Assembly: GCA_002633005.1 (NCBI GenBank) | Contig: NMRA01000890.1 | Coordinates: 44,794 to 108,793, forward strand | Source: Phoronis australis | Taxonomy: Eukaryota; Animalia; Phoronida | Direction of reading: 5' to 3' | DNA length: 64,000 bases | In this document: positions 50,486 to 63,371 of the stretch, in pieces | Numbering within the stretch: position 1 is the stretch's first letter | How the letters are laid out: every line of letters begins with the position of its first letter | Position numbers and translations under genes: made by a program | Notes under the pieces: generated by a model | Told to the model about the DNA's origin: nothing | The model's database searches: none | What the model saw: the letters and a program-made list of their open reading frames with translations, nothing else

Positions 50486-52161
50486 TTTTTATGCCCAAAC
50501 GTATTTATATGTGGACTCATTATGTCGTCATCTCCGTCCATCTTTTCGGAGTCCGGCGTCCGCTCCAAAACGCCTGGACTTATGTTCAGGAAGTTTTGCA
50601 CATGTGTTTCTCCCGTGAATGGGACGGCATGAGCGAACTTTCAGGCGGATCCGACTATTGGTGTAACCCCTAGTGGCAATTTTAGTTTTTACGTTTACCT
50701 CTGTAACTTCAAAAGTCCTGAACGGATTTTCATAAAAATTAGGTACATAGGCACCTATCAGTGAGATGAGGTTAACCTTTCGATTTAACATGGATTCGAC
50801 GTAGTTTGCGCCACCTAGTGGCCATGTTTTGGTGTCTTTGAGTTTGCTTTTGCGTCCACCCCTCTATCAACCAAACCGCTCAAAGAATGATTGTGAAAAT
50901 TGGCATGTATGACGATGATTTTCCGACGACTTCGACTAATATGGCGCCGCCTAGTGGCAGTTTTTTCGCTATGGCTGCAGTTCCTAAACCGTTTGCAAGA
51001 TCTTTAATAAACTTAGCAAGTTTATTTATGTGATGTTGGCGACGGAAGACAACGACTTTCGGACAGATCTTGACTACTGGTGTGCCTTCTACTGGCAATT
51101 TTATTTTTTTACGTTTACCTCTGTGTATTCAAACGTCCTCAACGTATTTTCATAAAATTTTGGCATACACCCATCTGTTAATTAAGTGACGCTATCTCTC
51201 CGTTTTCAGATGGATTCGACCCAGTTTGTGCCATGTAGTGGCCATTTTTATTGTTTTCTAGTCTGTTTTTGGCGTCCAGTTATCTATCAACGAAACTGAT
51301 TTCAGGATAATTGTGAAAATTGGCATGTATGTTTTTACTATAAAGTGGACGGCTGACAACGATTTTCTGACGACTTTGACTACTGTGGCCCCTCCTAGTT
51401 GCACTTTTGTTTTTTTTTTTGCGCTCCTGACTGTATCTCCTAAACCGTTTGCAAGATCTTCGCTTAATTTAGCGAGTGTACATGTATTTTTATGATGTTG
51501 ACAACGGACGACGACGACTTTCGGACGGATCTGACTAGTGGTGTGTCCCCTAGTGGTAATTTTAGTTTTTTACGTTTAGCAGTCTGTACCTTCAAAGATC
51601 CTCAACAGATTTTTATAAAGTTGTGAATATAGGCATCTATGTTTTTGGATGGAATTGAGGTATTTTGCGCGACTTAGTGGCCATTGTTTTTGGCGTCCAC
51701 CTCTCTATCAACGAAATCATTCTAGGGATAGTTTTGAAAATTGGCGTATATGTTTTCAGGGCGAAGAGGACGTTTGATGATGGCAACTGACTAGTGTGGC
51801 GCCTCCTAGTAGTAGTTATGTTTTGTTTTGCGCCTATAGCTATATCTCCTAAACTCACTTCAGGATCTTTATTAAATTTAGAAAGTGTATTTATATAAAG
51901 ATAACAACAGACGACGACTTTCAGGCGGATCCAACGAACGCTGTGCCAAGTAGCAATTTCATGTTATTCTGTTTTCCTTTGTTTCGCTAAAGTTCCTGGA
52001 CAGATTTTTATGAAATATGGCATTTCCTGTTTTTTTTTTGATGGATTGAACGTTTTTGCGCCATCTAGTGGCTATTTTTATTATACAAATGAATAACCCT
52101 AAAAGCACACCATTTGCGATGCATTCGAGGGCGCATTTCAACGCTCCGCGTTGCTCTTGTT
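50486..52161 (+). mobile_element. Helentron-associated non-autonomous element, full length
   Basis: Same architecture; ends gggcgcatttcaacgctccgcgttgctcttgtt; splits the array sequence tag-ttttt-agcgacttg. Confidence 0.88.
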
Positions 52162-53995
52162 TAGGGACTTGTTCTTTCGTCAAACTACTGGCTGATCAGT
52201 ATACCATTAGCATGGGAAATGTTACAAAAATCTGTACGGCTATTTCTAAGATATCAACCTTTAAAATTAGAGAAATGGGGACACTTTCTAGGGCCATGCA
52301 GCATCCGACGTAGCAGAACGCTGTCCTTGCCACCACTGGCAGCGAACAAAAATGTCATTGAACCGTCGCTTTGTAATGACACCAGAATAGGAAAAGTAAA
52401 AAATCCAGGAAATTGCCTCTTCCTTCAGGGAGTACGTTATGAGATGCTGTCTTACCCGATACACAAGGTACGACTGGGGCTAACGCCACTCGGGCGATAA
52501 TTCTCCAAAATCCACTCGGGCTCTAGATAACGGGGGATAACGACTTCGCCATGTAATAATCTATATGTATTTGACATTTTACCTAAACCTGAACTGCTAT
52601 TCTGATACGAATCTTCAAATTTAGAGAAATTTGAACGTTATTCCAAAGATAATACATGATCTGAACAACCATGACCTCACCACTACTGACAGAGAACCAA
52701 AGATAACACTGAACCACCTACTCAAATGATACCGTAATTGGAAAGGTAAAAAAAATCTCTGAAGTTAAACCTTCCGTGAGGGCGCGCCTTGAGATGCTGT
52801 CTTACACGGTACACGAAGGACAATAGAGGTATGACACTTTCGTTATTGATAACATTTTGTCTGGCTGATACTTGCAGTGACAGTTGTCTACCTGTGTTAA
52901 CTTTGTGTTGTCCAAATCATTGTAACAGCGTTTAAGTGCTGTCGAACATTGTTTGGATCCTTTCGAGAGCAGGCACAGGCAATTCCAAAAAGTACATGTA
53001 GTTTCAAACAGGAACGTGCATACAAAACTCCGAACATTTTGCTAACTGTAATAAATGAAAGTTCGAAAGTTTAGCTTTCAAACTAATGGAATTTCGACCT
53101 AGTTTGGACCTTTGGATTTATGGATTTTTGGACTTTCAAACCTTCGGACCAATGAATAAGTGATTTCATACCTTCTGCTCACACTCTTTCTCACTTGTAC
53201 TTTTCAATTCAGATCATAAGGTTTCACTGCTTCCAATGAGATGACTTTGTTTGAACATCATTGTAGGCTTTTAAGGAATTGACCTAATTTCGTCAAACCA
53301 CTGGACATTGGCTGACTAGTATATCATTGTCATGCGGGATCTGACGTCGCGAGCAGTGAGAGTGTACCAAAGGTGCCGCTGGATCACTCACAGGAATGAC
53401 ATCAGAGTCAAAAGGTATGGTGCCGTTCATCCCTACATGTAAATATCCTGGAAGTTAAATGCTTCGACTGTCTGTGTGCTCTACGAGTCATCAAAACTGT
53501 ACAGAAGCCTTATTTGATTTGGAAAAGTCTAAGTCATTCAGGTATCTACTTTTATTCATATGCATTGTATTACATCTGGTTTCAGGGCACAGTCCCTCAA
53601 AACCCGTAAAACTTAGCAAAAGGCAAAGCCACGTTAATGGTAAAACAATGATATCAATAACAAGATCAAATTTCATTTCATGAAAGTGTTCCGGAAGTGA
53701 CCTCAGAACTCTATTGCCGGTCTAAAATATGCTCTTCATTTTTGTTTTGTGAACTTTCTTTAAATCACAGTATTTGGTGGTGTTACATGAATAAGAACAG
53801 CTACATGTATTTCTGAGATATAAACGTTCAAAGCTAGAGAAATACAGACGTTTGTTCCAGGGTCTTATAGGATCTGAGCAAGCAGGACACTAACCTTACC
53901 ACCACTGGCACAGAACAAAAGATGTCACTGAACCACCAACACAAAATGATACCATAATCGGAAACGTGAAAAATCCCTTAAGTTGCATTCTCCCT

Positions 53996-56542
53996 AGACC
54001 CTATTCACGCCGACAGGAGGCACGTTCCAAAACGAGGCTCGCTACGATAGCTGCCGTGGCTTGGCGTAGTTGTACTCCGCGTTGCTCGAACAGCTAGAAA
54101 AAATACAGACACTCTGTTTTACAATACCTAAGGATGTTGGGATTCGGAAGCGTTGGGTCCTTGCCATACGCCGCTATGAAGGAAAATATGTCCGTGTAAA
54201 ATTTATAAATGTTTTCGATTCATAATTTGTAGCATCTCGGACTGGATGCCGCCATAGCAACGAGGACCGGAGAATCTTCGACCAGCCAGGCTGTGTTTTC
54301 ATGATTATGGGTTGAATTGAAGCGCGATGCATTTTTTAGTTTTTACAAAAGGACAGGGCTCTCAATCGCTCAAATTTTGGGCCAAATATCGGTCCTATTC
54401 CCCTCTCAAAAATATTGAAAACTAGGCCTAAAAATCCTCTTTGTGATTGAAAATTTCTCTCCAACGGTTCAAATCACCGGGGGGGGCAGGGCCCATACCC
54501 CCCCCCCTTGACTGCCGCAAGCAAAATAAACCAGAAAAACGTGAAGCGGGAGGAAACTTGTACTGAGTTCGAGTTAGGACCGGTAGCGGCCACGAGGGGG
54601 GGAAACACGTTCCGTTTTATTTTTTTAGTGCAACGACAGATTTTCTGAGCAGAAGGTATACTTCCTCGGCACCTGCAACTTCCGGGTCGCCTGCGTGCAT
54701 ACAATCGCGCTTTGCCCGCTTCTCCGAGGATGTCGGGCCCCCCTCGTTAGGCAGCATACATGGTATTCTAGATCAGCCACTGAAAATGCTACTTGGGACA
54801 GAGCTATGAGAGCTTGCAAAAGGGCGGGGTGCTATTGATGGTGATCGGGAGGTCAGTAGAGTTTTCACTGACTCGTCACTCGGCGAAACATTCCTCTCTC
54901 AGAAGGCTGCACAAATGAGGCATCTTTCCCCTTCGGATATGAACGAGCNNNNNNNNNNNNNNNNNNNNNNNNNNNNNNNNNNNNNNNNNNNNNNNNNNNN
55001 NNNNNNNNNNNNNNNNNNNNNNNNNNNNNNNNNNNNNNNNNNNNNNNNNNNNNNNNNNNNNNNNNNNNNNNNNNNNNNNNNNNNNNNNNNNNNNNNNNNN
55101 NNNNNNNNNNNNNNNNNNNNNNNNNNNNNNNNNNNNNNNNNNNNNNNNNNNNNNNNNNNNNNNNNNNNNNNNNNNNNNNNNNNNNNNNNNNNNNNNNNNN
55201 NNNNNNNNNNNNNNNNNNNNNNNNNNNNNNNNNNNNNNNNNNNNNNNNNNNNNNNNNNNNNNNNNNNNNNNNNNNNNNNNNNNNNNNNNNNNNNNNNNNN
55301 NNNNNNNNNNNNNNNNNNNNNNNNNNNNNNNNNNNNNNNNNNNNNNNNNNNNNNNNNNNNNNNNNNNNNNNNNNNNNNNNNNNNNNNNNNNNNNNNNNNN
55401 NNNNNNNNNNNNNNNNNNNNNNNNNNNNNNNNNNNNNNNNNNNNNNNNNNNNNNNNNNNNNNNNNNNNNNNNNNNNNNNNNNNNNNNNNNNNNNNNNNNN
55501 NNNNNNNNNNNNNNNNNNNNNNNNNNNNNNNNNNNNNNNNNNNNNNNNNNNNNNNNNNNNNNNNNNNNNNNNNNNNNNNNNNNNNNNNNNNNNNNNNNNN
55601 NNNNNNNNNNNNNNNNNNNNNNNNNNNNNNNNNNNNNNNNNNNNNNNNNNNNNNNNNNNNNNNNNNNNNNNNNNNNNNNNNNNNNNNNNNNNNNNNNTGG
55701 GGGCTGGGGCATAGCCCCTTGGCTCCCCTCTAAATCCGCCACTGTGTCCTGTCCAGTTAAGTGAAATAGAGCTCTAAAACGAGATTATGCTTTGGACGAA
55801 AGAATTAGGTGTTTTAATTTTAAAATTCAACTTGATCGAGATTGATATTTGAAAAATATAATACATGAAATAGACGTAATTATTAAAACCAAGAAAGCAG
55901 AATTGATGGTCATGTAATTTTTATTTTCAATTGCGAGCCTATTTTTTTCTCGTAATCAAAATATATATTTAATAACATCAAGTATTATTTCAGATCAATG
56001 ACAAATCAACTGTTAGTCCCGGTAGTGCCTACCTCACCAGGACCAGGGCTATGCTTGAAGCTAATAGGCCTACTCTTGATCAACAAATTAAACCAGATGA
56101 GACTAATTGCACATGACAGCAAAATGCTATGAGCCACCACTGTCGAATATATCTTCAACAATACGACCAGATGACCTGGTTCGTGTAGAAAGCATTTTTA
56201 TCAAGAATTTATTAGAAGAAACGTAACCCTGCATTCAGCGTGATACCTAATCCGTAACACTACGATCGCCGCAATTTGGCCATGTTTACTTTCATGTTTC
56301 GAACCTAGTTTTTCGGAAAAAACCCTATATCCTTTCGTCAGACAACTCTTTGGCGCACTGGATTGTTCTATAACTGTATTTTTCTACGTTTCTGTGGTTA
56401 ATTATTGACACATTTTTTAAGATTTAATATTGAGGTTGGACTCCAAAGACCGGCCATTTAACTCACGCAATGTAAATTTCCGCTTTGTTTATCGCAGTGA
56501 GCCTCGCTTTGGATTTTAATGTCCGCCACGTGAATAGAGTCT
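53996..56542 (+). mobile_element. ISL2EU-like element with THAP remnant (copy 2), with an internal insertion and gap
   Basis: TIRs agaccctattcacgc / cgtgaatagagtct; 54112-54198 reads LCFTIPKDVGIRKRWVLAIRRYEGKYVRV (THAP F..P.D...R..W...IRR). Confidence 0.8.
54949..55697. other. Scaffold gap (N run)
   Basis: Direct observation; a second N run lies at 47064-47122. Confidence 0.99.
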
Positions 56543-59500
56543 ATGAGATGCTGCCCTAAAAGATACATGAAAGACAATAGATGTTTGTAACTGTCGTTAT
56601 GGTCTGACTGACACTGGGGACAACTTTGTGGTGTCGTGATCATTGTAACAGATTTAAAGTGATAACGGTATTTTACTTATACTATGGCTTGTACTGAAGT
56701 TTTAGTGTTTGGTTCGTGATGACGCACATGTACTGTAAATGGATATACCTATCCATGCACCAAATCTATCACCATTCCCTTTCACTTGTCACATACCCTA
56801 ACACACTTAAACAGCATGACTGAATCCAAATGACGATCATGTGTGCATGCTGAATGCTGTTAACTGAGTTCCTCTGCAGATGCCATAACAAGTACATGTA
56901 TCAAATGGAAAACAAAAATTGATTTCTCAATTGTTTGTAAATTTTATTATTCCACGGTTTTGTTTATTTACTTGCTATACCCACACCACAACGATACGTT
57001 GCGACCCCTGGATTACCAAGACGGAAGAAAGAGAATGGAAGAAGAAGAATGACAAACGAAGACTAAAATTAAGAATGTAATATAATTTTGCTTGCGAATG
57101 ATGAATTGGTATAAATACGGTAGAGCTCTATACTGTGAAGGTTCATAAGCCTAATGGCAAATCATCTGACAATTGAACATATTTCTAAAAGAACCCTTTA
57201 ACCCCGAGGGTTCACAAATCCGACTGAAAGAAAAGATAGTTAGTTCGAAACTAGTCCGAAGGTCTATTATACCTGAAACCTGTGATTTAGCCATCGACAG
57301 GAAGCAGTGTAGTGGTGGTAAACAAATATTTGAAACTGTAAATAAATGCAACATCTCCGCGCATTGCCGAATATTGTTTTGATCCTTCCGACAGGCTCTC
57401 AGGGTTCCATAAAGTAGTTTCAAGTAGGGACGTGCATATAAATACCCGAACTTTTTTCTAAACAACTTTTCCAAATCTTGATACATGAAACTTCTTACTT
57501 TTAGCTTCGGACTGGTGCGGACCTTCGAATTTATAGACTTTTGGACGTTTAAGATTTCAGAACAATGAATACCTTGAATTCATACCTTCTGCTCACACTC
57601 TTGCTCACTCGTAGATTTCAATTCAGATCATACGATTTCATTGCCTCCAAGGGGTTGACTTTGTTTGAATTTTATTGTAGGTTTTAGAGACTTCGCCAAA
57701 TTTCTTCGAATCACTGGACTGACTAATATACCACTAGCATGCGGCATGCGGGATTTGACGTCGCGAACAGTGGGATGAAACCACAGGACCACTCACACGA
57801 ATGACACCATAGCCAAAAAGTATGGTACAATTAAGCTGTAAACATCCTGGAAGTTACATGCTGTGACCGTATGTGCATTCTAGGACCCATCAATTCAAAC
57901 CTGGTTTCAGGGCACAATGAATTATTTCTCAAAAACCGTAAAGTTTAGCTTAGGACAAAAAACACATTAATGGTAAGACAATGGTATCAATAACAAGATC
58001 GAATTTAATTTAATGAATGTGTTCCAGAAGTCATCTCAGAAATCTGTTAAAGTTGTAAATTATGCTTTCTGAACGGTGTTTAAATCATACATGTAGTATT
58101 TGAAAGTTTTACATCAATGTGAACTGTCATTTCTGAGATACAAACGTTAGAGAAATGTAGACGTTCTTTTCTAGAGTCTTGCAGGCTTCGAACAACAAAT
58201 ACCATGGCCTTGCCACCACTGGCAGTGCACCAACGATGGTGGTGAACCACGAACACAAAATAACACCACAGTGGGAAAGGTAAAAACTTCTCGCAAGCTG
58301 CTTCTTCCGTGAGGGTGCGTGCCAGGAGTTGCTGTCTTACCGTTTCATGAAAGACGATGACAGTGGTGTATACAGTATCTTTTGTTATTTATAATATTTT
58401 AGTCTGGGTGGCACTTGCAGTAACAGTTCTCCACCTATGACAATTTTGTGGTGTCCAGGTAGCGTCGTTGTAAAATATATTAAGTTTTGGCTGTATTTTA
58501 CTTGTACATGTACTCTGGGTTGTCACAAAAGTTTTGTTAACACATGTTTTTTGTCTATTGACTCGCCATACCCACGCAACAGCGATACGCTGCAACCCAC
58601 GGATAACCAAAACGGAAGAAGAAGCATGCTAGAAGAAAATTCACAACCGAATACTAAATCTAATAAGGAAATCTAATATTGCTTGAGAATCATAATGCAT
58701 TGGTATAAATTGGATAGACCTCGATACTCCGAAGGTGTACAAGTTAGAACGCAAATTATGTGACAAGTGAAAACGTTTCCAAAGGGTCCTTGAGTCCGAA
58801 GGTTCACAAATCCAACAAAAAGAAGGTCTAGTTGAAAGTACTGACGAGGTCTGACGACAAAGCAGCAAAAACTTACTGGCTGTATTCCAAAATTTGATAA
58901 TGTAACTAAATGTAGCAGCTCAGTAAGCATTGACAAAATTTGTTTGGATCCCATTGAGGAGCACTGGCTCTTCGAATCACTGGTTTCAAACGGCACGTGT
59001 ATAGAAACTAAATCCAAAAATTTTCACGAAATCACTTTTTAGATCCTCGTGTCCTGTAAGATCGAACGTTTACTTCTAAAAATGATAAGCGTTCGGACTT
59101 CAGTGGATATTGAGATTTATGGATTCTTGGTCTAGCTTACACTCTATCACAGTGCTAAACGAAATTTAAGTATAGGTGGCGCTGTGTCAGAGGGTAGGTC
59201 TAGCTAACCTTGAAACCGAGGGATACCGTGATTTCATACCTTCGGCCCAAACACCTTCTCACTTGTAGATTTCATTTCAGGTCGTATTGCTTTATGACTT
59301 TCTAGGGGTTCATTTCTAGCGACTTGTCCCAGAGTGCATCAACCGGACTTTGGCTGACTAATATACCATCCACGTGTGATAACTGAATTTGCCAGCAGTG
59401 ACAATATATCAAATGTGTTGCAGGACCACTATGACGAAAAACATCAGAGTCAAACGGTGTGGTGCAGTTCATCTGTAAACGTCCTGGACGTGTGTACTCC

Positions 59501-62500
59501 CTTATGCAACTTGCTTGATTCGGAAAAATAAAGTGAAAATTCTATTCGCTACCCATTCAGGCACCGTCTTTATTTATGTACACTGTTTCATACCTGGTTC
59601 CAGGGCACAATCTCTCAAAAACTGCAAAATTTAGCAAAAGAGAAAAGCACATTATTAGTAAAACAACGGTGTCAATAACAATATCGAATTTCATTTGATA
59701 AAAATATTTCAGAAGTGGCATCAGAAACACTGTTAATAAACTAAAATATGATCATTTCATTTTCGTTTTGTGAACGACGTTTAAATAATAGTATTTGAAT
59801 GTTTCACAGAAATCTGAAAAACTATTTCTGAGAAATGTACTTAACACTTCTTTTAGGGTCATACAGGATCTGAACAAGCAGGGTCCACCACTGGCAACAA
59901 ACCAAACATGTCGCTGAGCCAATAACACAAAAAGACACCAGAGTCAGAAAGGTAACATAAGCCCGGACGTTGCCTCTTGCGTCAGGCCACATGCCATGAG
60001 GTGCTGTGTTACCCGATGCATGCAGCACGATAGGGGTAACTGTCGTTATTGATAACACTTTGATCTTCACCTGTTACCACTGTTTGGTGTTCATTTCGTT
60101 GTAATAGACTTCAAGTGTTGCCTGCATTTTAGTTGTACCCTTGGTTCTACTCATGTATCAATGCTTGGGCCGTGATGACTGCACATTTACTCTAATGAAT
60201 AGATCTGCCCATTTGTCAATTGTATTTACATTTCGCTTGGACTAGACGTTTGTTATTTTTCTTGCTTGTGCTTTCGCGTTGACGCTAACGCACTTTCTAA
60301 TCCTGCCCAACAATTGCCCTAACATACCAGGAAAGACGCATGAATTAATCCAAAGAACGTTCAAGATCACAAAATACGTGCTGAATGGTGTTATTTGAAT
60401 TCCTCTGGAGATGCCACAACCAGATGGAGATGAATAATGGTTCCCGTGACCGATTTCTATCGGCGTAGAAACGAGAATTTTTCAATTGATCTCCGAGCAA
60501 ATTGAAAATTGTTAATTTGCCGATTGTTTGAAAAGTTCATTAATACAGGTTTTTGTCTATTTACGCGGTATAACCGTACCTCAACGATACGCTGTGAACC
60601 TCGGATAACCAGAACGGATGACGAAGGATTTAAGACGAAAATTATGTAGGTGAACTAACGTTGTTTCCGTTTAATGCCACTATATATTTTGAATGCAGCC
60701 CGTCACTGTGAACGTTCTCAAGTTTTGACACTCGATGATACGGAAAATGAAATGTTTTTAAAAAGACCCTCCATGTACATGTATTTGACCAAGTGTTCAC
60801 AACTCCGACTGAAAAGAAAGCTAGTTAGATCAAAACTGGTTTCAAGATTTATGATACCAGAAACCTCAACAGCAGCGGAACACTAAAACTTTAGTGGCGG
60901 TAACCACTTTGTTTGCCTCCTTTCCAGAGGCACAGGCTCTTCGAAGAACTGGTGTCAAACAGGCATGTTCTTCCAAATTCCCGAATATTTTGCTCGAAAT
61001 CGCCGTTCTGAACCTCGTGTCATGAAAGTTTGAACTTTTAGCTTTCGAACTAATGGGGTTTAGGTCTTGTGTTGATCTTCGAAGTTGAGAACTTAAATAC
61101 CGTGAATTTATACCTTAGGTCATACCTTTCCTCATTTCTAGTTTTCATTTGAGGACATATAGGATTTACTACTTCGGACGTGCTGATTTCCTTTTAACCT
61201 CATTGTACATTTTTAGCGACTTGGCCATTCGTAGATCCACTAGACTGTGGCTGACTAGTATACCATTAGCATGCAGGATCTGACGCTGAGAACAGGGACA
61301 TGGTACGAAATGTGCTGAAGTACCACTTGCACTAATGACACCAGAGAAAAAAAGTATGGTGCTGCTAAGCTGTAAATCTCCTGGAAGTTACTTGTTTCGA
61401 CTGCATGTGAGTTTGTTTAACATAGAAAAGTAAAGTGAAACATGAACTCTCCAGTCATTCAGGCATCTCTTTTTTCATTTACACTCTTTCTCACCTGGTT
61501 TCAGCTCACATTCTCTCAAAAATCATAGTATTTAGCAAAAGACAGAGCTCATTGATAGTAAAACAGCGGTCACAATAACAAGGTCGAATTTACTTAAATG
61601 CTAAATTTTCCAGAAGTGATCTAGGAAATACTCTTCATGTTCTAAAATATGATCACTTCATTTTCGTTTTGGGAACTACGTTTAAATATTGGAATTTCAA
61701 TGTTTTACAAAAATGTATTGAAACAGCTATTTCTGAGATGAATTTAAATATTCAAACTGAGAGAGAAATATAGAGGCGTTTTTAGGATCATACAGGACCT
61801 GAACAAGCAGCACCCTGACCTCGCTACCACTGGAAGAGAACCTAAGATGTCGCCGATAACCGACACAAAATAAAACAGGAGACGGAAAAGTAAAAAAGAC
61901 CCGTATGTTGCATTTCCGTGAGAGCACACGCGGTGAGATGCTGTCTTTCCAGATACATGAAGGACGATAGTGCTGATTAAATTATGTTATTGATAACATT
62001 TGGGTCTTGCATTTACAGCTCTCCACCGGTGACATCTGTGTGGTTTCCAGATTATTGTAATAGTTCTTATAGTCGGTGGGCCAGAATTTGTAGGGCCTCT
62101 AGAAAATGGTTTTTGAGAGTACTTTAGGGGGGCAATTTTATTTTGGTGTTTTTTAATTCATTTATTAGAGTGTTTTCAAAATCTAAAAAGTTCCCACATA
62201 TAAAGTTGCACATTTTTGAGAGATTTGAGTTTGAAATTACCTAATAATCACCAAAGAGCTTAGTAAACTTATATTTGTAAAAACAACAGTTTTGTTGACT
62301 TTTTTGTAAAACAAGTAATATGGTCCCACATTGTATTGAACAATATTCCACTCACATTACATGTTTTACTATTAAGGGTTGGCTGTAGTTTTGTTGTACT
62401 CTGGGTTGTACTCAAGTATTAGTGTTTGGGTGTAATGACACACATGTACTTCAAGTGAATAGATCTCTATACATCCATCAAATCTATTACACTAAACATT

Positions 62501-63371
62501 TGTTGCAGGTCTTGATGGTGAAATTGTGCAGACGCTAGCGCTCTTTCTAATCCCGACTGACAATTGCACTAACACACTAATACAAGCCCTAACATACTAA
62601 AACAACGGCATGACTGAACCCAAATTACGTTCTAGACCCCAAAATGCATGCTGAATGGTGTTAATTGAATTCCTTTGCAGATTTCACAAGCAAAAGCAGT
62701 ATTGAAAACAATTGATTTGTCGACTGTTTATAAATTTTATAATACACGTTTTTATCTATTTACACGCCATACCCATACCCACGATACGTTGGGGCCTACG
62801 GATATCCAAAACGGAAGAAGTAAAGTAACGTTGCTTACGTTTCATACTGCATTAGTATATATGACACAGCTCGATACTCTGAAGGTTCTCAAGTGTTATA
62901 ACGCCTATAATACAACAAATTAGAATTTTTTGAAAAGGTCCTGTCAAGCCAAAGGTTCACAAATCCGACTGAAAGGAATACTAGTTAGTTCCACAATCTA
63001 TGAGACCAGAAATTAGTGATGCAAAGTCATTGACAGGGGAGCAGCACACTTTTAGTACCAGGAAACTAAAAATGTAAATAAAAGCAACAGCTCACTGACC
63101 ATTGCCAAACTTTTTGGATCCTTTTGAGAGGCTTTGGCTCTTCCATGAAGTAGTTTCAAACAGGACATGGATGGACTTAGATCACTTTTGAATGACTATT
63201 TAATCGTCTGTGTAGTATCTCCTGCATATATCAATCATAATATGTATGACCATGATCTTGTTCTGTTCTTGCTCTCAGTTGAAGGTCTTTTGGACACTAT
63301 GGTTTACCACAAGAACTTGAATATCACTATCAAGGGGGACACTGTTATGCATGTGTTTTAAAAGTTAATTG

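Larger units (their letters stand above)
42880..63170. repeat. Old head-to-tail tandem array of a ~1.9-kb unit (about 7 complete or partial copies), interrupted by transposons
   Basis: Marker ggataaccaagacgga recurs near 44299, 50054, 57010, 58601, 60603 and 62800. Marker gtcttacccgatacatgaagg recurs near 42907, 48001, 52450, 52799, 58335, 60008 and 61943. Block order is conserved. Confidence 0.9.

Noticed and set aside
48640-52080. Regularly spaced ctagtggc motifs as a CRISPR-like array
   Set aside because: The intervening sequences are homologous to each other, the context is eukaryotic and there are no cas genes.
54876-55742. Long ORFs of 272-288 aa
   Set aside because: Artefacts of the N gap.
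42880-63170. Calling the array a Toll-like receptor pseudogene cluster
   Set aside because: LRR-like snippets appear on both strands and in incompatible frames, and I found no TIR-domain motifs.
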